This document shows, one piece after another, positions 7,901-17,100 of a stretch of 39,985 bases of DNA; position 1 is the first letter of the stretch, and the number at the start of each line of letters is the position of its first letter. The DNA lies in IMG/VR virus record IMGVR_UViG_3300044723_005541, positions 1 through 39,985 of that record, one strand, 5' to 3'. The notes beneath the pieces were generated by a model. That model made no database searches and was not told the origin of the DNA. It saw only the letters and a program-made list of their open reading frames with translations. Both the position numbers and the translations under genes were made by a program. The stretch is from a virus. Its lineage: Duplodnaviria; Caudoviricetes.

Positions 7901-10646
7901 CAAACAGACCTTGACCAGAACCTGTGCCACCAACATGCAAAGTAGTTCTAATACCAGCACCACCGTATACTCTTAGGTTAGAAGTATCGTGTGTTGCATA
8001 AGAAGGTGTATATACTGCTCTAGTGCCTGTACGCAACTTATAGCGAACTTCTAAGTAGTTTTGTCTGGAGTAGTTCGCAGTAACGTCTTCTTTCTGAATG
8101 ATTTGACCGTTGATGTAGAGGTCACTATTAAAGAGAGTATCACCTTCAATATATCCACCACCATCAACACGAAGAGCGCCATAATCGCTGCTACCAATCT
8201 CATAGAGACCAGTAACACCATTCAAGTTAATATTAGGTTCGTCAACATTCTCAAGGTAAACAAGACCAGAAACATTCAGAGTGTTATTGAGGTCAAGAGC
8301 ACCTGTTAGAGTCGTATTGCCAGTTACTCCAAGTGTGCCTGCAATGAGAGTGTTACCAGAAGCAGCAACAACATTGAACTTATTAGTGTTGACATTGAAG
8401 TTACCAGTTACATCCAGGATGCCACCAAGAGATCCATTACCAGTTGTAGATTGGAACTCAATCTTAGTGGTGCCGCTACCATTATTCAGTTGCAGTGTCT
8501 TAGAAGCACCTTGAATGACCATATTGTCATCAAAACGAGAGGTGCTATTAGCACGGAATGTGCCATCAACATCCAGAAGACCACCAATGTTTACATCCTG
8601 ACCAATACCAGCACCACCAGCAACTACGAGGTCACCCGTTGTATTTGAAGTGGAGTTAGTGTTAGTTGTAAGTTTTACATTACCAGCAATAAGACCAGAA
8701 TCAGTACCAGCAAAGACTTCGGAAGTATTTGTAGCAGCGTGAAGGAAACGATAACCGCCTTCATGACCACCCAGATCAGTGTACCCAGTATCCCAACCAT
8801 AGAAACCGACTCGTGCTTGAGTGTCATAATAACGGAACTCAATACCACGATCTTTGTTATCATCAGATGCAGGAGCAGTATCGCCACCCAAAGTTATTAC
8901 AGGATCATCAACTGTTGTTACTGTTGAGTTGACTGTAGTTGTAGTACCGTCAATCTGGAGATCGCCAAAGATACGAACCAGACCAGATGCAGTACGATCA
9001 TCACCAGGGTCAAGATTTAGTTGACCAGTAGATGCCAAATAGTTGGACTGAATCCTCAAGTCCTCAATATGAACCTTACCATTTGCATCAGATGCATCAA
9101 TGTCAACAACATCTTCTGCAGTGATTGTAACTGTGCTTGTGCCAGACCCAGCATTTGTAGAGAGGATACTAAGGTTTCTAGCAGATGCAGAGTTTTGGGT
9201 TAACTGGAAGGTAAGGTTACCATCCCCAGTCTTATCCAGTGTCTGAGCAACAATGCCGTCAAGAGTAATGTCAGGATCAGAGAAGTACGAGCGTACATTA
9301 ATATCAAGTTCGCCAGCTCCGCTGTCCCCTGTATTATTAGCGCCAACAAGTAGATTGCCGCTCGTATCATTAACTTTGATATAGTTAAGATAGTTGAATC
9401 CTCTGTATCCAGTGGTTCCAGTAAGTTCTTGATCAAGTTCAAAATCTTCTTTTGTATTTCCATCAGCAAAAGAAATTCTATTATTCTGTAGTTGAGTGTT
9501 ATCTACACCTAGTGCAGCGATGGTGACGTGCCCGTTGCTGTCAACATCGAAATCTTCCTGTGCAAATGAAGCCAGTCCCTTCTGCTCTGTTGCTTCAGCC
9601 GCGAGGTAGCGCCAACCTCCATTATCGCCACTGGAATGAGTAGGAGCACCAGCACCAGCACTGATTGCCTGATATGCTTGGTAAACTTTTGATTCGTTCG
9701 CGATGATATCATAGCGAGCATAAGTAGTGCCTGCATTATAGCTAGAATACTTACTACCTTCAGTAGCAGTAGCAATAGGTACATTTGTAGCACTCGATAA
9801 GCGACCATGATTGTCGCAGGAGAACTTAACAGCGTTTACAGTTTCTGTACCGAAAGGTTCACCACTACCACCTGCTTGAGTTACAGATGTAAGACTCTCT
9901 GTATTATAGTTACCAGCAACAAGACCTGCCTGAACAGCAAGAGAAAGGTTGGGGTTACCAGAAACACCAGTACCATTAGAAACAACGATGTCAGCACTTT
10001 CAGCAAGAATCTGCCTGACTGCAATCGAACCAGCACCAGTTCTTACATAGAAACCTGTACCAGTTTCATCTGAGATTGCTTCCAGGTTTGGATTCCAAGG
10101 TTGTGCCAGAGAAGTGTCACTAGTTGCAGAACCGTCCAGACCATAATCTGCCAGATTCATCTGAGCAGGAGTTCTAGCATTTACAACTCTACCTTTCTGG
10201 TCAACTGTTACTTCAGTAAAGACACGAGTAATACTAGGATCGTTGTCTTGCAAATAGTGTGGCAGAGTAGAAACAAGCGTCAATGCCGAAGACAGGTTCA
10301 GGTTTTGAGAACCGTCAAAGTTTCCAGAAGCAGTAACATCCCCAGATAACTGAATCTGACGAGTTTGATCAAGACGGGTTGCAGTAGAAGCATTACCAAT
10401 CAATGAAGCAGTAACAATTGCTGCAGAGAAGTTACCATCAGCATCTCTTTGAACAAGAGTGTTTGGCGTGTTGGTGTTAGATTCAACAGGACGCTCATAT
10501 CTCAGCGTGTTCCATGCAGTAACACCATCACCAATCTTAATACGACCCGTATCGAGTTCGATTCCGAGTTCACCTTGTGCAAGAGTTGGGTTCGCGTTTG
10601 CCCATTCCTGGGCACCACCACGTCTTAATTGAATTCTATTTGCCAT
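4908..10646 (-). CDS. long fibre protein with an Mtd_N/hyaluronidase-type N-terminal anchor
   Basis: The N-terminus RIQLRRGGAQEWANANPTLAQGELGIELDTGRIKIGDGVTAWNTL matches the major-tropism-determinant N-terminal motif. The body is Gly/Thr/Asn-rich with many fibre-type repeats. It occupies the position of wac (just upstream of gp13) in T4. Confidence 0.8.
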   Translation of the reverse strand: MANRIQLRRGGAQEWANANPTLAQGELGIELDTGRIKIGDGVTAWNTLRYERPVESNTNTPNTLVQRDADGNFSAAIVTASLIGNASTATRLDQTRQIQLSGDVTASGNFDGSQNLNLSSALTLVSTLPHYLQDNDPSITRVFTEVTVDQKGRVVNARTPAQMNLADYGLDGSATSDTSLAQPWNPNLEAISDETGTGFYVRTGAGSIAVRQILAESADIVVSNGTGVSGNPNLSLAVQAGLVAGNYNTESLTSVTQAGGSGEPFGTETVNAVKFSCDNHGRLSSATNVPIATATEGSKYSSYNAGTTYARYDIIANESKVYQAYQAISAGAGAPTHSSGDNGGWRYLAAEATEQKGLASFAQEDFDVDSNGHVTIAALGVDNTQLQNNRISFADGNTKEDFELDQELTGTTGYRGFNYLNYIKVNDTSGNLLVGANNTGDSGAGELDINVRSYFSDPDITLDGIVAQTLDKTGDGNLTFQLTQNSASARNLSILSTNAGSGTSTVTITAEDVVDIDASDANGKVHIEDLRIQSNYLASTGQLNLDPGDDRTASGLVRIFGDLQIDGTTTTVNSTVTTVDDPVITLGGDTAPASDDNKDRGIEFRYYDTQARVGFYGWDTGYTDLGGHEGGYRFLHAATNTSEVFAGTDSGLIAGNVKLTTNTNSTSNTTGDLVVAGGAGIGQDVNIGGLLDVDGTFRANSTSRFDDNMVIQGASKTLQLNNGSGTTKIEFQSTTGNGSLGGILDVTGNFNVNTNKFNVVAASGNTLIAGTLGVTGNTTLTGALDLNNTLNVSGLVYLENVDEPNINLNGVTGLYEIGSSDYGALRVDGGGYIEGDTLFNSDLYINGQIIQKEDVTANYSRQNYLEVRYKLRTGTRAVYTPSYATHDTSNLRVYGGAGIRTTLHVGGTGSGQGLFVGKEDNGDTVKFSVLGASGNTDIQGTLDVAGNSEFNGTVDVDADFAVRNGTTDKFFVDNLTGNTNIEGTLDVNGATEITNTLDVSNAVTFDQTLLVQGNSEFNGTVDVDADFAVRTGTTDKFTVASASGNVATDGTLVVQGQTTINDSLIIDAANEVFSIRNGSAVEKFGVDADNGNTNIIGTLTVGDATQINDTLGVSDVVTFTRNTDQTLTGLYGADGAVRITGGVGVQRNLAVGGNMRVYGDFEISGATTQSGNTGFSGRVSITNTSDATTFADNSVALTVDGGARVTKNAWVGGDFHVWDDANSRDAFYVDVSTGDATLHNTLTVGGNLIVNGTTTTVNSTVTTLDDPIITLGGDTAPASNDGKDRGVEFRYYDGSAKVGFFGYDRSANQFSFLVDATNNAEVHTGTDAPLRAGSLNLTGSGTALDVDNNANIDGTLTVDGQITSNVAQGVTPLIITSTTKVNNLNVDLLDSMTTASANTPTTVVNRDSSGNFAAGTITAALVGNASTATTLETARTITVDGVVDGNVSFNGSADVTITTVFNDSDITALAAQTGTGLVVRTGTGTYARRSVTATASSGVTITNGDAVAGNITINVASTSSNSANNLVLRDGSGNFSAGTITAALIGNVTGNVTGNLTGNVTGNVTGDLTGNVTGNVTGNLDGIVGGNTPAAVTGTTITANTGFTGNLTGNVTGQVTGNVTGDLTGDVTGNLTGNVTGNVTGNVTGDLTGDVTGNVTGNVTGNVTGTVSSISNHTTSNLTEGTNLYYTDARADARIAAADTDNLSEGSTNLYFTNARADARIAAADTGDLSEGTNLYYTEARVQTQLDNAYEQLRAMLNNLATATTLTLALSGDPTPGDVTALNNGTLVGGSGYNTATGVATTSSGSGIGLTVDITASGGIITAVAINASGAGYAVGETITISTGNADATINVSAVIEMAVGDTVTGGTSGTTAVITAVGTNQITVDNVDGFFKKTETVSAGDVSNLTISSFA
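5420..5625 (-). repeat. three coding repeats of about 24 aa (xLxEGxTNLYxTxAR[ADARIAAADT]) in the fibre
   Basis: SNLTEGTNLYYTDARADARIAAADT / DNLSEGSTNLYFTNARADARIAAADT / GDLSEGTNLYYTEAR. Confidence 0.85.
5652..6012 (-). repeat. 12-bp-period coding tandem repeat (G-N/D-V/L-T)n in two blocks
   Basis: Plus-strand ccagttacatta / ccagtgacatta / ccagtcaaatca units. The protein reads GNVTGNVTGNLT..., interrupted by DGIVGGNTPAAVTGTTITANTGF. Confidence 0.9.
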
Positions 10647-10684
10647 TTTTTACAGACAACTCGATAGAGATTATGCTTCCAAGT

Positions 10685-10692
10685 TATTTATG
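10685..10692 (-). promoter_or_regulatory. T4-type late promoter (CATAAATA) for fibre-gp13-gp14-gp15-gp16
   Basis: Intergenic tatttatg on the plus strand, about 39 nt upstream of the fibre ATG and just downstream of the terminator. Confidence 0.8.
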
Positions 10693-10695
10693 CGT

Positions 10696-10721
10696 AATAA
10701 AAAAGGGGCATTACTGCCCCT
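10696..10721 (-). terminator. Rho-independent terminator
   Basis: The minus strand reads AGGGGCA-GTAA-TGCCCCT-TTTTTATT: a 7-bp stem, a GNRA tetraloop and a U-tract, 4 nt after the stop of the 72-aa ORF. Confidence 0.88.
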
Positions 10722-10725
10722 CTAA

Positions 10726-10944
10726 TCATTCTGCAGTTTCTTCTTCCGTCTCCTCCTCTGGAGGTGCGGACATTGTTTCGGGATTATAATATTCCAGTGC
10801 TTCGATAGCACCCTGCAGTTTCAGACCAGTCGTTTCATTTTCCTTGATTTTTGCAGCAAGTTGCTGATTTTCATTAATGATTGCTTGCAAACGCTCACGA
10901 AACTGAGCGATCATTTCAGTCTGAGAGACTTGTTCAATAGACAT
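10726..10944 (-). CDS. small hypothetical coiled-coil protein with an acidic tail
   Basis: 72 aa with a heptad-like FRERLQAIINENQQLAAKIKENETTGLKLQGAIEALEY segment. It is co-oriented, tightly packed and ends just before the terminator. Confidence 0.75.
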   Translation of the reverse strand: MSIEQVSQTEMIAQFRERLQAIINENQQLAAKIKENETTGLKLQGAIEALEYYNPETMSAPPEEETEEETAE

Positions 10945-10949
10945 AATGT

Positions 10950-11177
10950 TTACTTCTGATTGTGGACTAACGTTAGTAAAAGTGATTTGATATCACTCAT
11001 ATCAGATTTTAACTCAGAAACTTCTTTTTGTAAAGCTTCCATTTTCGCTTTTTCTACCTGCTCTGCTCTATGAGCAGTCATATACTTTTCATATTCACTT
11101 TGATCAGCACACTGGAGGGAACCCGTTTCCGAGTTCCTGAACCAGTTGCTTTTATCTTTCACTGGGATGTGAGTCAT
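10950..11177 (-). CDS. small hypothetical protein (C-terminal coiled coil)
   Basis: 75 aa; start overlaps the stop of the 2403-aa gene (TAATG); C-terminal LQKEVSELKSDMSDIKSLLLTL. Confidence 0.8.
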   Translation of the reverse strand: MTHIPVKDKSNWFRNSETGSLQCADQSEYEKYMTAHRAEQVEKAKMEALQKEVSELKSDMSDIKSLLLTLVHNQK

Positions 11178-14100
11178 TATACAGCAAGGGCGATTGCTCT
11201 GATATCTTTGATGATTGGACTGTACGCCTGGTTGGGAGAAACAAATACAACCTTGATTTGATACTGGTCAAAGTTTAGACCAGATACTTCGTACTCATAC
11301 TCACGGAACAGTTGTCTTTCCGTTGTAGCAGGAATCTTAGCATCTTCGGTTGGGAAGAAATCGAATCCGAGTTCTTCAATAGGTGTTGCCGTACCAACGG
11401 GACGTACTCTATATAGGACCTTAATCTGACTATTAGGAGGACGGTATCCCTCAAAGTAGACCTTGATAGAACCAGAAGGATTGGTCAGATCTGCAATACG
11501 ACTAATGTATACCGCATCGTGAGAATCACCAACTGCAAGTTTAGCAGTATTAGGATCGGAAGGATTGTTAATCCTACTAGAAACAAGAGTTGCCGACAGT
11601 CTATCAGTATCAATAACAGGAGAAACGTTTGTTTCAAGACTTGATAAGGTCAAGTCCATTCTGAAGGACTTAGCACCACTGAGTTCGTTAGACTCGTTGA
11701 TGTTAGAACAAATCAGTTGAGGAGAGTCAAGATAGTTGTCGGTTCCGAGGATGACATCATTAAATACACCATCATTCGAGAACGATGCCTGAGATAAGGT
11801 TTGTCCGTCATTGATTGATGTACCAGAGATGGTATTAATTCTTGCCGTAATATCTGTCTTGGGAAGAAGCATTCTCTCAACCTGAGGAATAAGCAAGTTG
11901 TACTGAACATTTTGAGTTGCATACATGTTAGTGCCACCACCCAGGATACCAAGTCTAGCAATAGAAGAGGTAGTCAGTTCATAAGAATCGAGAGTTGGAT
12001 TCTGGATTCCAATATGAGTCTTGTTAATCTCAATCAGAGGAATGCCGTCAAGGTTGTAGCACTCAACAACAGACTCGTCTGCGTGAGATACTGCAGTTGT
12101 ACCGTCAAGACCTCTTTCATTGATTGTGATTGTCTTATTATCATTACTGATAGCAGAATAAGACATAATCTCATTACCAATCTTGATATAACCAACATTG
12201 CTGGAAGAGATTAATACACCATTGATTGTCTTGTGGAACGCTGCAGCATCACTGACAGAAACAGATGTATCTGAAGCAGAAATAGATGCCGTCAGAGAGG
12301 TATCTGCAACTTCGGAGACTGCACCTTCAATCTTAACGTTGTTGGCAGTGCTATGCATACAGTGATTACTGTGCAAGATCTTAACCTTTCTCTGAGAAGA
12401 TGCATAGGTAGGCGTTGCATCAGGGAATGCATTGCTGATTGTTGCAGCTTCAACAGCGTCACCAGCATAGGTAACAGCAGAGAATGCAACGTTGCCAGCA
12501 GTTCCATCTCCTTCCAGAGTTTCACCAGCAGTAAATGCCTTAGAAACATAACGGAATACGATTGTACCAGTATCACCACCATCATCGCTTACAACTTCAG
12601 CAGTTGCGCCAGATGTAGCGCCAGTGACAGTATCACCTGCACTATAGGTAGCACCAGTTCTAGAAGCAGAAGTGACTGTAATAGTTGCAGTAGTCTTGGA
12701 AGAAACAATACCGTTAGTAACGATATTATTATTCACACTACCTTGCTGCCAGTTACCAGAAATATCGTTGATTGTCAGAAGAACACCAGCAACAGTTACT
12801 TCTCTCTTAGTGATAGTACCTTCTGCGTTAGTAGTCTTCTGATAGATACGAGCGCCAACGGTATAGGGAAGAGTTGTGGAGTTCAGGTTCAAAACCAGTT
12901 CAGGTGTGAATGTCTGAATACCATCTCTACGGAGGTTTAGTTCACCACCATTACCTCTTGCAAGAACAGTGTTGTTCAAAATCAATGCAGAGTTAACAGT
13001 ATTATTAAATTCTGCTCTGTTTACAACAAACTTAAGGTCTTCGTACTGGTCAGCAGTCCATGTAGATGCGTTTTGTGACTTAAACAGAACACCAGCATAA
13101 GGTTGTTCAGAGATTGTTCTGTCACCAGTAATATCCTGGTCACCCATTCTAGAGATCCAAATCTGATAAGAGTTGGAATCAGAGAGGAGAACGAAACAGT
13201 GCTCAACAGACTGAGGAATGAAGACAGGAGCATCAAATGTAAATCTAGTAGAAACTGCAGCAGTCTCAGACAACTGAACATCATCAGGTTCAATACTTAC
13301 ATCAGAGAAAGGAAGGATGGTTGTTGTGGGATAACCATTCTCCATGGTTCTGATTTGCATGGAAACGGGGATGTTTGTATCTTTCTTGAAGAAGTAAACA
13401 TCGACAGAGGTGATAAATGCACCACCGTTTTCATCAACAATAAAGGATTGTGCCAAAGGGTCATACCAACCAACCTGCCTGAGCTCAGTTCTAGTAGAAC
13501 GAACTGTTCGATCTTGAGTAACAGTATCGCGAACGATTTCAGCATTACGAACTGCCAAGACATTTTCCTGAACAGTATTCAGAGTACCACTTGCTTCGTA
13601 GTTTGTTTCAGCAGCGGATGCAACTGCACCTGCCAGACGTGAATCATTCTCATCGGTAGACAGTCTCAGAGTTCTTGTACCAGTTGCCCAACGGGGATTG
13701 GTATCAACTCCAGGAGAAGGAATGAAGAATGAAGTCTTCAGTTTACCGAAGCGGTCAGAGATAAGACGACGGTCCTTAATAACAGCACGAGCACCAGATG
13801 TGCCTTCCAGAACTTCCTGTACTTGGAAGTTACCATAGAAATCACCGACTGCCTGCTTAGCAAGTTCAGTAGTATCAATATTCAGATATGCTGTGGTAGA
13901 TGCATACGATGTAGGAAGTTCTGTATCATCATATGGGTTGAATCTGTAGAAGTCATTAGGAGCAGCAACTTTAAATTTACATCCACTAGTCAAACCTGTT
14001 ACAGTTTCACCAATAGAGAAAGGTGTTGAGTTTGTTCTATTATCAATCGCAGGATCTTTGATGAGTTCAATCATCTTAGGAATCTGATAATCAATGGTCT

Positions 14101-17100
14101 GCTTACCGTCAAAGAAAGAGTAGAAACGAGTTCTAGGCTTCAGACGTGCAACATCAACTTCAATATTTCTAGAACGAATCCAAGGAATACTAACACTAGA
14201 AACAACACTATCGCCCAGAGACTGACGATCGATTCTGGGAATAACACGAGTTCTAATGCCTTCTCTGGTTGCAGTTCCAGTCGCTTCAATAGTAGTAACT
14301 CTATTAATACGACGCATACCACGACCACCCCAGACGCCAGGGTTGGGAGATCTGCCACGGTCTTGTGCTAACCAGTGAGAGTTACGTTGGGTACTAGAAC
14401 CAACGACTCTTTCCCCACTCCAGTTAGTTTCCCATGCTCTCCATTGAATAGGAGCAAAACCATTCTGGTCAACATTAAGTTCAGAAGAAGTCTGCTCAAA
14501 GTCACCTTCAATCTGTGTGACCTGTGCAGGAATTCTACTTGTATCCAACCAATCATCAGAACCAGGAGTCAGTGTTACACGACCAATATAGGTAAAGACG
14601 TTGAAGGGGTTGATATTTTCAACTCTAGAAGCATAAGGTTGCTCAATCAGTTTCTTCTCTGTATAAGGAAGAGTAATCAGAGGACCTGTTTGCTGATAGT
14701 TAGTAGAAAGACTTGTATTGATAACAAGAGGAATGTTAGTTGTATAGTGAGATGCTTGACACTCACCATATTGGAAATCAAGAGATGCTGCAAAGTCTTC
14801 ATGTGCAGTATCAGACTTACCGTGATCGGAGAAATCATCAACGATAAAACCATTTTTCAGTCTGTTCTTACCACTAGAATCAAGAATCTGAGTATTATAG
14901 GTATTGGACTCCAGGATATTCAAGGAGGTATAATACTCAACTTGGTCAAGACGACGCTCTAACGCACCAATGTCACGCATCGTGTAACGCTTATTATCGG
15001 AGCGAGTGATGACCGTATCCTTTTCTGGGTCAAAACCATATGGTTTATGACTGATGGTTGCCAGAAGCATACCTTCTGCGATTTCATCAGGTGGTTGAGG
15101 TGCTTCCTCAGACTTACCTTTGATAACTTGGAACTCTCCCTCGGGAGTAACAAATACTTTGTCAACTCTAGGCAGATACCAGTTGAAATCACAACGGAAG
15201 TTGCTTTCCAACTTAGGAACATCAAAGACTGTTGCGTTAGGTGTGCCAGATACGTTGAATACTCTAGATTTAAAATCAAATGTAGAACAGTTGACGAATG
15301 CAGGAGATGCTACAGTACCAGTTCCACTATAGAGGTTCTTGACACCAGGACGGAAATCGAGATAATCTGCAAGGAACTTGAATCCAAAGAAAGGAATGTC
15401 ACTATAAGTGGTGTCCAGATAGGATTGACCACCAAAATAATCACCTGTTGCAGAGTGAGTGTAGTAGTCAAGAACAATTTTCAGTTTTCTAATAGGTGCA
15501 GCAACACCTTTCTTACGAACAAGTTTAGAGATATTGTAGATAAATCCTGTCTGATTTACTTCCAAGAAGTAGTTGTCAGTAACAACCTTAGAACCTGCAA
15601 CAACCGAACCTTCACTATCGTTGATAATAGCAGTGAGTGCATCATCATTACTATCGAAACCGTCGAGAGTTTCACCAGCAACAAACTGACCACTGAGATA
15701 TACCAAACTCAGTTTCAAGGAACCAGAAGCAAAGTCAACAACTTTTGCTCTTGCTTTTGAGGTTCTACCAGTTACGATGCTACCTGTAGCAAAGAAAGTT
15801 GGTTCAACCAGAGTCACAGAAGGGATTACAGGATCATTGTCATCGTTAGATTCATACACAGCGTGCATACGATAACAATCAGTCAGACCCAGAGACAGTT
15901 CTTTGTCTTGAATCCTTGTACCATAAAGATTGGAATATACCAAGTTATAGTTCTGCTTATCAAGATTCTTATCGGTCTTGTTGACCTTAAGAATAAACAT
16001 CTGGTTGCCAGACTTAGTTTTTCTGATAGTTACGTTCTTAGAAATAGTTGCAGTAACTTTAACAGAAGTGATATTTGTCAGGTTATCAATCTGAATCGTC
16101 GTTCTATCAGCAGATGTGAACGAAGTATAACCAAGATTACCAGGTGTAGCAGTATCAATAGTGATTTGGTCACCGACAGGGTGAGTACCATTAGTACCAG
16201 CAAGAACAGTGATTGTGTAGTTCTCGTTAGAGATTGACTGGAACTGCTCATTCTCAGGCAGAGTAATGGAAACAGAGTTTGATGCAACAGTCTGAGAATC
16301 AAATGTTCTTCTGACAACCATTGATTCGTCAGCAATGCTCTTGATATACTTCTTGGGCATTTCACTCAAGAGATCAGCATTCTGAATATCAAACAGTTTT
16401 GATCTGTAACGAACAAGAGTGGTATAAGTTCCTGCACTAGGAGCAGAAGAACCAGGAGTTACATTAACAACTTGGTTAGAATAATCAAAGATATTACCAA
16501 TATCAGTATTAGCAACATCAGCAGGATCGATCTTATCTACAACAACAAAATCGGTACTGTTGAAATAGATCTCGTCTCCAGGTCTGAGATCCAAAGCGAA
16601 GTTAGATTGAAGACCTGTAATATCTTCAGAACCGCCTGTTGCATCATATGTAAACGTACTACCTTCAATGATCTGAGCGTCTTCCAGAACGATGTCAGCA
16701 GTGAACTCGATTGTAGAAGTTGTCTCATCTCTAGCAACAACCTGACGAGTATCAGAATACTGATAGATATGCAGAGAATCAATAGTATCCAGATTCTCAC
16801 CATCAACGGTAAGCATTTCATTCTCAAGGAAGTTACCTTCAATTTGATATACATCAAATCTAACAGAGTTTGAGATAGCATTTACAAGATATGCTCTTGC
16901 ACCAGAAGATGCACCAACAACCAAAGAACCTGCAGATACAGTTTGAGCACTTGTAAGTTCCAAGACACCAAACATCTGAACATCCATGATGTTCATCTTA
17001 TATCTGTCGTCAGCGTTACCAAAGGTCGTATCTGGATCACTCATATGCTGCAGTGATGTGACACGAGCAAAACCAATCAGGTTACCAGCGGCACTACCCT

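Noticed and set aside
4908-10646. Diversity-generating retroelement target (suggested by the Mtd-like N-terminus)
   Set aside because: There is no C-type-lectin-like C-terminus, no adenine-specific TR/VR pair seen and no reverse transcriptase in the window. The duplicated segments differ at synonymous positions.
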